Assembly (NCBI GenBank): GCA_943787795.1
Contig: CALSNU010000006.1
Coordinates: 416,001 to 480,000 of the forward strand
DNA from: an uncultured bacterium
GTDB taxonomy: Bacteria > Planctomycetota > UBA1135 > GCA-002686595
DNA length: 64,000 nt
Direction: 5' to 3'
Positions 18,690 to 28,628 of the stretch are shown in pieces (the first letter of the stretch is position 1; every line of letters begins with the position of its first letter). The translations under genes were made by a program, and so were the position numbers. The notes below the pieces were generated by a model, which was not told the DNA's origin, did not search any database, and was given only the letters and a program-made list of their open reading frames with translations.

Positions 18690-21136
18690 CAGAACCGGAG
18701 GGTGTAGTTGAGCTTCACGGCGAGGGACTGATCAGAGGTCGTGAAGCTGGACTCGCTGAACGCCTTGTCGAACCCCATGAGCCCCACGACGAAGAGCTCC
18801 CGTCCGGGCTCGATGATCCAGCGCAGCCGGGTCTGCGAGGAGAGGTTCTTGCCCTCGGTGTCGTACTGCAGGAACGTGTTCCAGGACGTCATCGGGTTGA
18901 AGTTGAGGTCCGCGCGCCAGGTGTAGAGCTGAGTCCGGAAGTCCCCGCCGCCGTCCTCGAGCTCGATCTGTACGTCCTCGAAGGACATGCCAAGCCGGAC
19001 GTACGCGTTGGGGATATAGACCGGCTCGACGCTCATCCGGGTGATCCTCCCGCCGTAGTAGTCGCCCACCTCGAGGGACGACTCGAAGCCCGCGATACGC
19101 CGGTCATTGGACTCGAAGCGGAGCCTGAATCGGGTCTCGTCGTAGTCACCAGGAGCCACCTGGACATCCCCGCCCCCCAGCTCGAACGGGGTGTCGATCG
19201 TCTCCGCCTGCCGGATCACGCGCAGGGAGACCTCGTCCTGGCTCCAGAACTGAACACGCGCCAGGTCCAGGGGCACGCTCCAGCGATCCTCGTTGCCCAC
19301 CAGGTCTCGCTCGACGATGAGGTCCAGCCCGCTCTCGATCGTGCGGAAGAGGCTCGACTCATCCTCGAACCGCCAGGTGCGCTCCGCGCCCCCCTGGTAA
19401 CGGTCGACGCCCGCTCGACGCACGAAGCCCAGCGCGGGATCGAAGCCATCCTCGACCCGCTGCGCGCGGAAGTCCGTCTCCCAGCGGCTCGATCGACTCT
19501 GCGCTTGGACGCCGTAGGCGAGCCCCGAGGCCTCATCGGCGCCGCCGCTTCCCATGAGATAGGACCACAGGAAGCCGCTGTGCCCCTCACCAAACAGACG
19601 AGCCGAGCCCAGCCTCAGGTCCATGCCGGCGGTGTAGCGTCCCCCCTCACCGCTGGGGTCCCCGCTGGTTCCAATCAGGCCGACGCTCCGCCCATCCCCC
19701 AGCGCTCGCTGAAGCCTGAGGACGCCAAGGTTCTGAGGGTCCACCCCCGGGACCATGGGATCCATGCCAGAGGCCGGGACCGGGTCCACCGAGTCCACGT
19801 AGGTGTCGAGCGCCCCCACGGTCCAGTCGCCGAAGCGCCCGGTCACCTTCACCCCCGCCACGATGGGCACCGCCTCTCCGTCGTCGCTGCGGCCGACCTT
19901 GCGTGAGAAGAAGGGAATCGTGCTGCGGCTGTTGCCGGGGAGCCCGAATTCGAACGCGCCCGCGTCCTCGAGGAAGAAGTCACGGCGCTCCGGGAAGAAG
20001 AGCGGGAAGCGGCCCACGTTGACCTGGCGCGTGTCCACCTCGGTCTCGGCGAAGTCAGTGTTCGTGGTCACGAGCACCGTCGATGACGGAGTGGGCCGCC
20101 ACCGTAGGTCGAGGCCCATGTCGAACTCCGATCCGAAGGAGCGATCGCTCGACTCCCGCGTGGTGAGCCCCTTGACGTAGGGGATCACGTCCAGCCCAAG
20201 TCCCTGCTCGAGGCCCTCGATTCCGGTGAGCCGGCCGCCGTCGGAGATCTGGAAGAACGGGTAGGCCACCCGAGGCGAGGCCCACCGGCCCCGCTCGCCG
20301 TTCACCACGCGCTTGCGGCGCACGTTGAAGCCCCAGTGCGGCGCCGACGGGTCGAAGGAGAGCGTCTTCACCGGAATCGCGAGCTCCGCCACCCAGCCCC
20401 CGTCCGTCACCCGGGAGGCGCCGTACCAGATCCCATCCCAGTCCTTGTTGAAGGATGAGCCGTTGTCCGCGATCAGGGCGTCACCCAGCGACCCCCCCGG
20501 TGTGACCTGGAACCAGTACGCGAAGCGCTCCGACGCGAACGGGTCGAACCACAGCTCAACCACGTCGTCGTAGCGCACGAAGGCGTCGCGCTCCATCTGC
20601 CGGGCCCGCACGTCATCGGGGTCGTCGTGGCAGAAGATCCCGACATAGATGTTCTCGGCGTCGTAGGTCAGCAAGACATCGGTCCGGCGTGACATGGGCG
20701 CGCTCTCGATCGGTGCGGTCTGGGTCAGATCTCCCACGCGGACCGCCCGACTCCACAGGGGCTCGTCCAGCCGCGCGTCCACCTTGACCTGGCCTGTCGC
20801 CTCTAACCGCGGCACCCGAACCGAGGGACGGAGCGCGGCATCCTCCGGCTCCTGAGCCGCGGCGGCAGCTACGACGGCAGCGGGAGCGACTGCGAAAGGC
20901 CCCCCCGCTGAAGACCTCCCCGCTGCAGGCCCCCCCGCTGCAGGCCCCCCCGCTGCAATGGCAAGCGCCACCAGGGCAAGCCCCCAGAGACGCCGTGAGA
21001 GGGCCGCTGGAAGCCTCCACCCACACCGTGGCCACTGACGCTCCGGTCCGGCAGCGCGCGCGCGAGCGGTCGCGCCGGGGACCTCAGAGGCCCCACGCGG
21101 CCCGGAGGCTCGCGGTGTGAGGAGTTGGGACTGCAA
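18689..21136 (-). CDS. CBM9-like / DUF5916 outer-membrane protein (start uncertain)
   Basis: VDARLDEPLW, W.AELAIP, NTDFAETEVD, RFPLFFPERRDFFLE, and a beta-barrel-like C-terminus ending VKLNYTLRF. Confidence 0.75.
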   Translation of the reverse strand: MQSQLLTPRASGPRGASEVPGATARARAAGPERQWPRCGWRLPAALSRRLWGLALVALAIAAGGPAAGGPAAGRSSAGGPFAVAPAAVVAAAAAQEPEDAALRPSVRVPRLEATGQVKVDARLDEPLWSRAVRVGDLTQTAPIESAPMSRRTDVLLTYDAENIYVGIFCHDDPDDVRARQMERDAFVRYDDVVELWFDPFASERFAYWFQVTPGGSLGDALIADNGSSFNKDWDGIWYGASRVTDGGWVAELAIPVKTLSFDPSAPHWGFNVRRKRVVNGERGRWASPRVAYPFFQISDGGRLTGIEGLEQGLGLDVIPYVKGLTTRESSDRSFGSEFDMGLDLRWRPTPSSTVLVTTNTDFAETEVDTRQVNVGRFPLFFPERRDFFLEDAGAFEFGLPGNSRSTIPFFSRKVGRSDDGEAVPIVAGVKVTGRFGDWTVGALDTYVDSVDPVPASGMDPMVPGVDPQNLGVLRLQRALGDGRSVGLIGTSGDPSGEGGRYTAGMDLRLGSARLFGEGHSGFLWSYLMGSGGADEASGLAYGVQAQSRSSRWETDFRAQRVEDGFDPALGFVRRAGVDRYQGGAERTWRFEDESSLFRTIESGLDLIVERDLVGNEDRWSVPLDLARVQFWSQDEVSLRVIRQAETIDTPFELGGGDVQVAPGDYDETRFRLRFESNDRRIAGFESSLEVGDYYGGRITRMSVEPVYIPNAYVRLGMSFEDVQIELEDGGGDFRTQLYTWRADLNFNPMTSWNTFLQYDTEGKNLSSQTRLRWIIEPGRELFVVGLMGFDKAFSESSFTTSDQSLAVKLNYTLRF
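20897..20956. repeat. 4 x 15-nt in-frame tandem repeat (AAGGP-like)
   Basis: AGGCCCCCCCGCTG[A/C] units just after the hydrophobic signal stretch of the DUF5916-like gene. Confidence 0.85.
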
Positions 21137-21262
21137 GGCTGGCTGGGGGGGCGCGGCCGGCCGCGGGACCCTTCGTGGGCGGGCTCTGGAGCGGCTCGGT
21201 GCGCAGCAGCCTAGCTCCCCGGCGCTGCCCCATACACCGCCCCACAGAATCCGAACGCTAAC

Positions 21263-22720
21263 TCACCGGGCGCTGGACTCGCGGAGCGCGCGGACGAGGG
21301 AGAGTGTCCCGGGAACACACATCTCTCCGCCCAGCTTCATGCGTGGCTCGACGTTCGTGAAGACCAGACCACAGGGCGCCTGCCGGTCGAGCCGCCGCTC
21401 GTGAATCAACGTCGCGCCCTCGTCCAGAACCCGCCGCCTCCCGGCTGCGAGGTCCCGGAGCGCCCGCGACCCGCGGTCTCGCTGCACCCACGGGGGCGGC
21501 GCGAACCAGGGGTCCTCGTCCGTCTCCTCAAGGGTCTCGAGCAGGCAGGCCGTGAAGGCCGAGAACAGGTCGGGCCGCACCAGGACGCTCGTCGCCGCGT
21601 CACTGGCGAAGCCCCCGAGGGCGCCGCGACCAAAGGCCTGCTCCACCGCCAGCTCGGCCGCCTCTGCGACGTCCGCCTCGGGCAGCGACGCCTCGCCCTC
21701 GCGGTCGGCCTCCACGCCGAGGTAGAGCCGTCGGGCCAGCCGAGGGCGCACGAGGATAGGAGCCGGCGGGCGGTCGACGGCTCCGAGGCCGAACCAGGGA
21801 TCACCCCCGCCAGCAGCGGCTTCCGGAGCGGCTTCCGGAGCGTCTCCCGGCCGCCCCCCGACTCCGGCGTGCTCCTCCAGGCTCGCCTGACGCTGCGCCG
21901 ATCCCTCGCTCTCGGCCGCGAGCCTCCGGAGCCTGCGCAACCGATCCAGGGTCAGCCCCTCCACGGGGTCAAGGTCGATGAGGTCCATCGCCACCATCGG
22001 ACGAGCCGCGGCCTCCCGTAGCGCCTCCCCCCCGGCGCGAGCGAAGGCCGCGAGCCGCCACGGCTCAAGGCCTGCGTCCAGCAGGGCGGCCACGAGGTGA
22101 GGACCCAGGTCCGGGAGTTCGGGGTGCCCGATCAAGGCCACACGCGGAGCCGACGCGAGGCCGCTCAGCACGCGGGCCCCCAGGTGAGCGAAGGGCTCCG
22201 AGGGCTGAATGGCCACGGCGACCGCGTCCACCGCCGGAGAGCTCACCGAAGATCCCACCGAAGATTCCACCCGGGAGGCCCCCCGAGAGCCCACCGACCG
22301 GAGGGCGCCGAGCGCGGCCGAGACCGCCTCCGCCGTTGGCGAGAAGCGCGCGTCCGAGGAGGCTGGCCCCATGGCGGCCTCCAGGCCACCCAGCAAATTC
22401 GGACCGGCCAGAGCCCTGGCCACAGGTTCGCTCAGGGCCCGCGCCCCGCCCAGCCCCATGGGCTCGCCCCCCTCCCCGTCGAGGAAACCCAACAGGTCGG
22501 GACCGCCGACGGGCGCGGCTGCAGCAGCGGGCTCGCCAGCAGGGGAGCGCTCCAGGGGGGCGCCTTGGCGGCGACGGACATCCGGGTCGCCCGGGCGCTG
22601 CGGCTCGGCTTCGCCGCCGGCCCGACTCACGCCCCGCTCCACGTCCCGGCCCAGGCCCTTGACTCCGGCGCCGAAGGGCAGCGGCGCCTCAGCTCCGCGG
22701 TGTCGTGCATCGGTACTCAT
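21263..22720 (-). CDS. Degenerate aldehyde-dehydrogenase-like protein
   Basis: ALDH-like segments LVAALLDAGL, EADVAEAAELAVEQAFG, ATSVLVRPDLFSAF, DEGATL, VFTNVEPRM. GFASDAAT occupies the position of the GQxC catalytic motif. Confidence 0.6.
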   Translation of the reverse strand: MSTDARHRGAEAPLPFGAGVKGLGRDVERGVSRAGGEAEPQRPGDPDVRRRQGAPLERSPAGEPAAAAAPVGGPDLLGFLDGEGGEPMGLGGARALSEPVARALAGPNLLGGLEAAMGPASSDARFSPTAEAVSAALGALRSVGSRGASRVESSVGSSVSSPAVDAVAVAIQPSEPFAHLGARVLSGLASAPRVALIGHPELPDLGPHLVAALLDAGLEPWRLAAFARAGGEALREAAARPMVAMDLIDLDPVEGLTLDRLRRLRRLAAESEGSAQRQASLEEHAGVGGRPGDAPEAAPEAAAGGGDPWFGLGAVDRPPAPILVRPRLARRLYLGVEADREGEASLPEADVAEAAELAVEQAFGRGALGGFASDAATSVLVRPDLFSAFTACLLETLEETDEDPWFAPPPWVQRDRGSRALRDLAAGRRRVLDEGATLIHERRLDRQAPCGLVFTNVEPRMKLGGEMCVPGTLSLVRALRESSAR

Positions 22721-22953
22721 CGGTCGCTCCTGTGGCAGGGATGGACGCCCCAGCCGCGGGGAGATTCTGCCTGAGGCCCGGCTGAATCCACCTGGGCCGG
22801 GCAAAAATCCCCGCGCTCGACAGGCAACCTGCCGGCCATGGAGAAGCCGCGACCCCGGAGCGGTTATCTTCCCTTCAGCCGGCCCCTTCCCGGGACCCGG
22901 CCGCTGGACGCCGCCGTCCCTGAACCGGGCAGACGGAATGCCGCCCCCCCCTC

Positions 22954-23412
22954 ATGACCCCCCGCCTCCGCTTCCCCCGTTGCTTTCGGATCCGATCCGG
23001 AGCCGATTTCGGTCGGGCCTACCGCAAGGGGCGCCGGGCGCGCGGTTCGATCCTCCTTGTGGTGGGAGCTGACAGCGGACGGAACCACCCGCGCCTGGGC
23101 CTCTCGGTCGGCAAGAAGGTCTGGAAGCATGCGGTCAAGCGGAACCGAGTCCGTCGGGTCTTCCGCGAGGCCTTCCGCCTGACCGCTCCCGAGCTCCCCC
23201 CGCTCGACCTCGTCCTCATCCCAGCCGAGCCGCGCCTGGTTCCGACCACGGCGGAGACCGCGGCGGAGCTGCGCCGCTTGGCACGGAAGGTGGCCCGACG
23301 GCTGGAGGAGGCCGAGGCTGCGGGCAAGGACAGGGGTGCGGGGAAGGACAGGGTTGCGGGGAAGGACGGGGCTGCGGGGAAGGGCGGGGCCGCGAAGGAG
23401 GACAGGTCATGA
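22954..23412 (+). CDS. rnpA: Ribonuclease P protein component
   Basis: [26 protein letters not shown] (RNR motif); lies upstream of yidD. Confidence 0.95.
   Translation: MTPRLRFPRCFRIRSGADFGRAYRKGRRARGSILLVVGADSGRNHPRLGLSVGKKVWKHAVKRNRVRRVFREAFRLTAPELPPLDLVLIPAEPRLVPTTAETAAELRRLARKVARRLEEAEAAGKDRGAGKDRVAGKDGAAGKGGAAKEDRS
23320..23409 (+). repeat. 5 x 18-nt drifting tandem repeat encoding the RnpA C-terminal tail
   Basis: GCGGG[C/G]AAGGACAGGG-type units translating to [30 protein letters not shown]. Confidence 0.85.
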
Positions 23413-23750
23413 GCGGCCCGGAGCCGCACCACGTGGCGAGCTCTCGCCCGCTGGAGCACCGCGCCTCGACGGAGGACCCCGGCCCGCGGCATCCGATCCA
23501 ACGCGCCCTCGCCGCCCCATTCTCCCTCGTGATCGGCTTTTACCGACGCTTCATCTCTCCGCTCAAGCCTCCCATGTGCCGCTTCGAGCCCTCCTGCAGC
23601 GCCTATGCGGAGGAGGCCCTGCGGGTCCACATCTTGCCCCGTGCGCTGCTCCTGACGATCTGGCGACTGCTGCGCTGCCAACCCTTGTGCCGCGGGGGGT
23701 ACGATCCCGTACCGCCCAGGCGCCGGCCCCCCCCCACGGAGACCCCTTGA
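23409..23750 (+). CDS. yidD: Membrane protein insertion efficiency factor
   Basis: [32 protein letters not shown]. Confidence 0.95.
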   Translation: MSGPEPHHVASSRPLEHRASTEDPGPRHPIQRALAAPFSLVIGFYRRFISPLKPPMCRFEPSCSAYAEEALRVHILPRALLLTIWRLLRCQPLCRGGYDPVPPRRRPPPTETP

Positions 23751-23797
23751 CCCCTTCCGTGCATCAGCCCAGCCTCCTATCACCGCGTATCGCTCCC

Positions 23798-24955
23798 ATG
23801 ACCTTGTCTGCCCGCAGCCCCCTCCGCCTCCTCAGCGTCACGGGCATCCTGCTCACCGCCACGGCCCTCTCCGCCTGCAGCTCCACCGGAGATGCCCCCG
23901 CGGAGAGCGCCCCCTTGATGGAGCCGCCGGTCCCCGGAGCCGTCCTCGCCAACGATCTCATCCAGCCGGGCGAGACCCGCTTCAAGAACCTGTGGCGCCT
24001 GACCTTCGGGGGACAGAACGCCGAGGCGTACTGGAACTACGCGGATGACGGTCTCTCGCTCCAGCTCCGCGAGTCCAACGCGCGCGACGACTGCGACCAG
24101 ATCTTCGTCACGTCGCCGAGCGGTGACCTCCGCCAGGTCTCCACCGGGAGAGGCGTGACCACCTGCGCCTTCTACATGCCCGACGACCAGCACGTGCTCT
24201 ACGCCTCCACTCAGTCCGGCCACGTGGGGTGCCCGATCAAGCCCCAGAGCGAGGGCTACACCTGGATGCTCTGGCCGGACTACGAGATCTACGTCACGGA
24301 CCTGAAGACCGGGGAGGAGAAGACTCTGATCAGTGAGTACGGCTACGACGCCGAGGCCACGGTCTCGCCGCTGGGCGACCGGATCGTCTTCACCTCGACC
24401 CGCAGCGGGGATCTGGAGCTGTGGACCTGCGACCTGGAAGGCGAGGACCTGGTCCAGGTCACCGACGCTCCCGGATACGACGGCGGCGCGTTCTTCAGCC
24501 ACAGCGGCGAGCGGCTGGTATTCCGTGCCACCGCCTGGACGCCCGGCAACGAGGCTGAGGAGCAGCAGCGCTACCGTGAGGACCTGGACCGCTGGCAGGT
24601 CCGGCCCAACAGCATGGAGATCTTCACGGTCGCCACCGATGGAACCGATCGGCAGCAGGTCACCACGCTCGGGGGCGCCAACTTCGCGCCGTATTTCACC
24701 CCCGACGATCAGCAGATCATCTTCGCCACGAACCACCACGACACCAAGACGCCGAGCGTCAACTTCGACATCTTCCTCTGCGACCTCGATGGCGGCGGTC
24801 TCGAGCAGGTGACCCACTTCGACGGCCCCCCGGGGAAGAAGTTCGACGGCTTCCCGATGTTCAGCAGGGACGGCCGCTACCTCGCCTTCGCCAGCAATCG
24901 GGGCGCGGGCGCGCCCGGCGACACCGACGTCTTTATCGCAGAATGGGCCGACTGA
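23798..24955 (+). CDS. TolB-like / PD40 beta-propeller lipoprotein
   Basis: Lipobox LSAC. PD40-type repeats GYDAEATVSP..IVFTSTRSGDLEL, GYDGGAFFS, ANFAPYFTPD, FPMFSRDG. Confidence 0.85.
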   Translation: MTLSARSPLRLLSVTGILLTATALSACSSTGDAPAESAPLMEPPVPGAVLANDLIQPGETRFKNLWRLTFGGQNAEAYWNYADDGLSLQLRESNARDDCDQIFVTSPSGDLRQVSTGRGVTTCAFYMPDDQHVLYASTQSGHVGCPIKPQSEGYTWMLWPDYEIYVTDLKTGEEKTLISEYGYDAEATVSPLGDRIVFTSTRSGDLELWTCDLEGEDLVQVTDAPGYDGGAFFSHSGERLVFRATAWTPGNEAEEQQRYREDLDRWQVRPNSMEIFTVATDGTDRQQVTTLGGANFAPYFTPDDQQIIFATNHHDTKTPSVNFDIFLCDLDGGGLEQVTHFDGPPGKKFDGFPMFSRDGRYLAFASNRGAGAPGDTDVFIAEWAD

Positions 24956-26124
24956 ATCAGGACGGAGAGGGCGCCGAAGATCTGGCTCCCGACAGCATCA
25001 GTTCGGACGACCGGGCCGCCACGTACGGCGCGGCCCTGGGCCAGTTGTTCGACGCGACCTGCGTCATTGACCCGAGCCTGACGGTCCTGGAGTGTGACCC
25101 CGGCTTCCTGCGCCTCGTCGCGAGGCCAGAGGGGAGTGTGGTTGGGCGGGCGATTCCGGAGTTTCACCTGACGGGCAGCCTCGATGGGGAGCCGGTCACC
25201 CTGCGCCACGTGGCACGCCTCGGGTCATGGCGCGGCCACGCGACCCTCGCCCGAGACGATGGATCCACCGTCTCGGTGGACACCCTGCTGATCAAGAGCA
25301 GCGGCGAGCTGCCGAGGCTCCATCTCTTCCTCAGGGACCTGAGCGGCCCCCTCTCCGGCCAGGTCGGCGAGGTGGATCACCAGCACGCCCTCGCCCAGGT
25401 CGGACGCCTCTCGGCCCTGGCGGAGATGACCTCCGGCATCGCCCACGAGATGAACCAGCCGCTGGCGGCCATCGTGAACTACGCCAACGGCTGCGTCAGC
25501 CTCATCAAGCAGGAGCGCGCCGAGGCGGACGTCCTGATCCGCGCGCTCACGTCGATCGCTGACCAGAGTCGACGCGCGGCTGAGATCATCCGACGCATGC
25601 GCGCCTTCGCGCGCCGCTCCGACGGACAGCGCGAGCCCGTGCGCCTCACGGAGCTCCTCAAGGAGGCCCTGGAGCTCTCCGGCTCCCAGCGCAGGCGAGT
25701 GGGGATCGAGGTTCAGTGTGAATTCAATGCGGCCAGAGACGAGATCCTCGCGGACGGGATCCAGATCGAGCAGGTGATCCTGCACCTGATCCGAAACTCG
25801 TCTGACTCCCTGGCCGCCATGCCCGCCGAGACGCCCCGGATCATCCGGATCACGACCCGCGAGATCCCCGCCACCGAGACCGAAGGGCAGCTGATCGAGA
25901 CCACCATCACCGACAGCGGTCCCCCGATCCCGGAGGAGCACGAGGTGCGACTTTTTGCCCCGTTTGAGACCACCCGCGAGAACGGCCTCGGGCTAGGTCT
26001 CTTGATCAGCCGATCCGTGGTCGAGGCCCATGGGGGCCGTCTCAACTACCTCGGCTCCTCAAAAACCCCGCCGGGGGGGCCGTCTTTTTGCTTCACCATT
26101 CCGTTCCGAGCGGCTCCAATCTAG
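24943..26124 (+). CDS. Cytoplasmic sensor histidine kinase (PAS-like + HisKA + HATPase; FixL/NtrB-like)
   Basis: H-box GIAHEMNQPLAAI, IQIEQVI, F/G2 region FAPFETT..GLGLGL. Confidence 0.88.
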   Translation: MGRLNQDGEGAEDLAPDSISSDDRAATYGAALGQLFDATCVIDPSLTVLECDPGFLRLVARPEGSVVGRAIPEFHLTGSLDGEPVTLRHVARLGSWRGHATLARDDGSTVSVDTLLIKSSGELPRLHLFLRDLSGPLSGQVGEVDHQHALAQVGRLSALAEMTSGIAHEMNQPLAAIVNYANGCVSLIKQERAEADVLIRALTSIADQSRRAAEIIRRMRAFARRSDGQREPVRLTELLKEALELSGSQRRRVGIEVQCEFNAARDEILADGIQIEQVILHLIRNSSDSLAAMPAETPRIIRITTREIPATETEGQLIETTITDSGPPIPEEHEVRLFAPFETTRENGLGLGLLISRSVVEAHGGRLNYLGSSKTPPGGPSFCFTIPFRAAPI

Positions 26125-26126
26125 CC

Positions 26127-26759
26127 ATGAGCGATCATCCCACGGTCTTCATCGTCGACGACGACCCCGCCATGCGTGACTCCCTGGGCTTCCTGATCGG
26201 CAGCGTCGGGCGCAGCGCCGAGACCTACGCGTCCGCGGAAGATTTCCTGGCGGCCTACGACAATGAGCGCCCGGGCTGCATCGTGCTCGATGTGCGAATG
26301 CCTGGCCTCTCAGGCCTGGAATTGATGGAAAAGCTCAACGAGGACCGGTTTGCGCCGCCCGTTGTGCTCGTCACCGGGCACGGGGATATTCCTATGGCCG
26401 TGCGAGCGCTGAAGGCCGGTGCCTTCGACTTCATCGAGAAGCCGTTCAGCGACCAGGTCCTCCTCGAGCGGATTCAGCAGGCGCTGCAGCAGGACACCTC
26501 GGAGCGCTCAGGAGAGCGCGACCGCGCCGAGATCGAGCGCAAGGCGGCCCGCCTCACCGCGCGGGAGACCCAGGTGTTCGAGCTCGTCGTCGCCGGCAAG
26601 CCCAACAAGGTCGTCGCCAGCGACCTCGGGCTCAGCCAGAAGACGGTCGAGGTCCATCGGGCCCACGTCATGGAGAAGATGCGCGCCGAGAGCTTCGCTG
26701 ACCTCGTCAAGATGGCCGTGACCCTGGAGGTCACAGGGCCTCCGCGGACGATTGAGTGA
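26127..26759 (+). CDS. FixJ-family response regulator (REC + LuxR HTH)
   Basis: VDDD, LDVRMPG, TGHGDIPMAV, FIEKP, LTARE..NK..LGLSQKTVEVHRAHVMEK. Confidence 0.92.
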   Translation: MSDHPTVFIVDDDPAMRDSLGFLIGSVGRSAETYASAEDFLAAYDNERPGCIVLDVRMPGLSGLELMEKLNEDRFAPPVVLVTGHGDIPMAVRALKAGAFDFIEKPFSDQVLLERIQQALQQDTSERSGERDRAEIERKAARLTARETQVFELVVAGKPNKVVASDLGLSQKTVEVHRAHVMEKMRAESFADLVKMAVTLEVTGPPRTIE

Positions 26760-26783
26760 GCGGTCCCCTGGGTCGCGCCGCTC

Positions 26784-27563
26784 GTGAGGCTCCGCGTCCT
26801 CGCAAGCGGTAGCCGCGGCAACTCCTCGCTCCTCTGGGCCGGGGATCAGCTGCTGATGCTGGATGCCGGCCTCGCGGTGACCGCCATGACCGAGCGGCTG
26901 GTGGATTCCCGGGTCGGGCTGAAGTCCATCGATCACGTGGTGGTCACCCATGGGCACCTCGATCACAGCCGCACGGCGGGCATCGTGGCCAAACGACACG
27001 GCGCCCTGCTCCACGCTCCCGCGGAGATCCTCGAGCATCGTGCGATCAAGCGCGCGCCGAACCGCCAGGCCCTCCCCATCGGCGCCGAGTGCTATCTGGG
27101 GCCGCCTGAGTGCGGCGTGTCCTTCAGGGCCACCATCGTGCCCCACGACTGCCACCCGACCCTCGCGCTCCGCATCGAACACGGGGGTCGCGCGTTGGCG
27201 CTGCTGACCGACTGCGGGGAACCCCGTGAGGAGCCGGCCCGCGCGCTCAGCGACACCGAGGTCCTGCTCCTCGAGGCGAACCATGACGTGGACCTGCTGC
27301 GCGCTGGCCCCTATCCACAGTCTCTGAAGGACAGGGTGCTCGGGCCCGGCGGACACCTCTCCAACGACCAGATGGCGGTGATGCTCCGGCGCCTCGCTGG
27401 ACCCCGCCTGCATACGGTGGTGCTCCTGCATCTCTCGGCCCAGAACAACCGACCGGACCTCGCGGCTGAGGCCGCGCGGCAGACGCTGGAGCAGCTGGGC
27501 CGCACCGACGTCCGCGTGGTCTGCGCCGAACAGGATCGCCCCCTCGAGACCATCGATGTTTGA
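26784..27563 (+). CDS. MBL-fold metallo-hydrolase (YycJ/PhnP-like)
   Basis: LASGSRGN, THGHLDH, VPHD, TDCG, LEANHD, GHLSN, LHLS..NN. Confidence 0.88.
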   Translation: MRLRVLASGSRGNSSLLWAGDQLLMLDAGLAVTAMTERLVDSRVGLKSIDHVVVTHGHLDHSRTAGIVAKRHGALLHAPAEILEHRAIKRAPNRQALPIGAECYLGPPECGVSFRATIVPHDCHPTLALRIEHGGRALALLTDCGEPREEPARALSDTEVLLLEANHDVDLLRAGPYPQSLKDRVLGPGGHLSNDQMAVMLRRLAGPRLHTVVLLHLSAQNNRPDLAAEAARQTLEQLGRTDVRVVCAEQDRPLETIDV

Positions 27564-27568
27564 CTGGC

Positions 27569-28324
27569 ATGCCCGAAGCTGACTCTGGGGCTGACCCCGT
27601 CCTCGACGTGATGCGTCGCCACCGCTCCGTACGGGACTTCAAACCTGGGCAGCCGGTCCCCGAGGAGGTCACGGAACGCGCCGTCGAGGCCGCCCAGTGC
27701 GCCGCGACCTCGAGCTGGATCCAGGCCTACCACCTCCTCGAGGTGATCGACGCCGACGAGCGCGCCGAGCTCGCCAGCCTCGCCGGGGGCCAGCGTCAGG
27801 TCGCGGACGCCGGCGCCCTGTTCGTGATCTCGGGAGACACCCGACGGCACCGGCTCGTGGCCGCCCGCGAGGGGCAGCCTTACGTCAACTCCGCCGAGCT
27901 GTTCGTCCTCGCCACCGTCGATGCGAGCCTCTTCGCGCAGAACCTCACCCTCGCCTTCGAGTCCATGGGCTACGGCACCTGCTACATCGGGGGGCTCCGG
28001 AACGACCTCGCCGCCGTCGACCGGCTCCTTGAGCTACCCGATGGGATCTTCCCGCTCTTCGGCCTCTGCGTCGGCGTCCCCGCCAGTGACCCGGGCACCC
28101 GACCGCGCATGCCTGCGCGCGATATCTGGAGCCGGGGCCGCTACCCCACGGACGAGGAGCTCATGGGGCAGGTGGACGCCTTCGACGAGGCCGCGGCGTC
28201 GTACTACGCGGGGCGAGGCGCAGCAGGCCGAGACTGGAGCGGCGGTATCTGGCGCAAGTTCTCCCGCCCCATGCGCACCGCGCTTCGCGGCTTCTACGAC
28301 TCCAAGGGCGCCTCCTTCGACTGA
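27569..28324 (+). CDS. NADPH-dependent nitroreductase, NfsA-like
   Basis: HRSVRDF, AQCAATSS, GQRQV, VDASLFAQN, YIGGLRND, RPRMP. Confidence 0.88.
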   Translation: MPEADSGADPVLDVMRRHRSVRDFKPGQPVPEEVTERAVEAAQCAATSSWIQAYHLLEVIDADERAELASLAGGQRQVADAGALFVISGDTRRHRLVAAREGQPYVNSAELFVLATVDASLFAQNLTLAFESMGYGTCYIGGLRNDLAAVDRLLELPDGIFPLFGLCVGVPASDPGTRPRMPARDIWSRGRYPTDEELMGQVDAFDEAAASYYAGRGAAGRDWSGGIWRKFSRPMRTALRGFYDSKGASFD

Positions 28325-28482
28325 GCCTCAGGCGCTCCCGGGACTCGCGGGGCGATGCCCTTGCGCTCGCGCCGCTGCGGTGCGGCTTGGCCCCCCAGGG
28401 CAGCCCCCCCCCAAGGGGCTCGATCGCCGCCTCGCGGAAGAGCCCGTGGCGGTCTCCCGTGAGCCACGCTTGCAGAGTCGCG

Positions 28483-28612
28483 GGAGCCCCCCGTCGCAGA
28501 CTAGATGGAGCCCCCCGTCGCAGACTAGATGGAGCCTCAGTCGCAGACTAGATGGAGCCTCAGTCGCAGACACGACGGGGCCTCAGCCGCAGACCCGACG
28601 GACCCTCAGTCG
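28483..28612. repeat. ~6 x 23-24-nt drifting intergenic tandem repeat
   Basis: GGAGCCCCCCGTCGCAGACTAGAT x2, then GGAGCCTCAGTCGCAGACTAGAT, GGAGCCTCAGTCGCAGACACGAC, GGGGCCTCAGCCGCAGACCCGAC, GGACCCTCAGTCG. Confidence 0.85.
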
Positions 28613-28628
28613 AGGTGTCGCCGCAGTC

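Noticed and set aside
22721..22953. rpmH or a replication origin upstream of rnpA
   Set aside because: No L34-like ORF, DnaA-box cluster or AT-rich unwinding element is visible.
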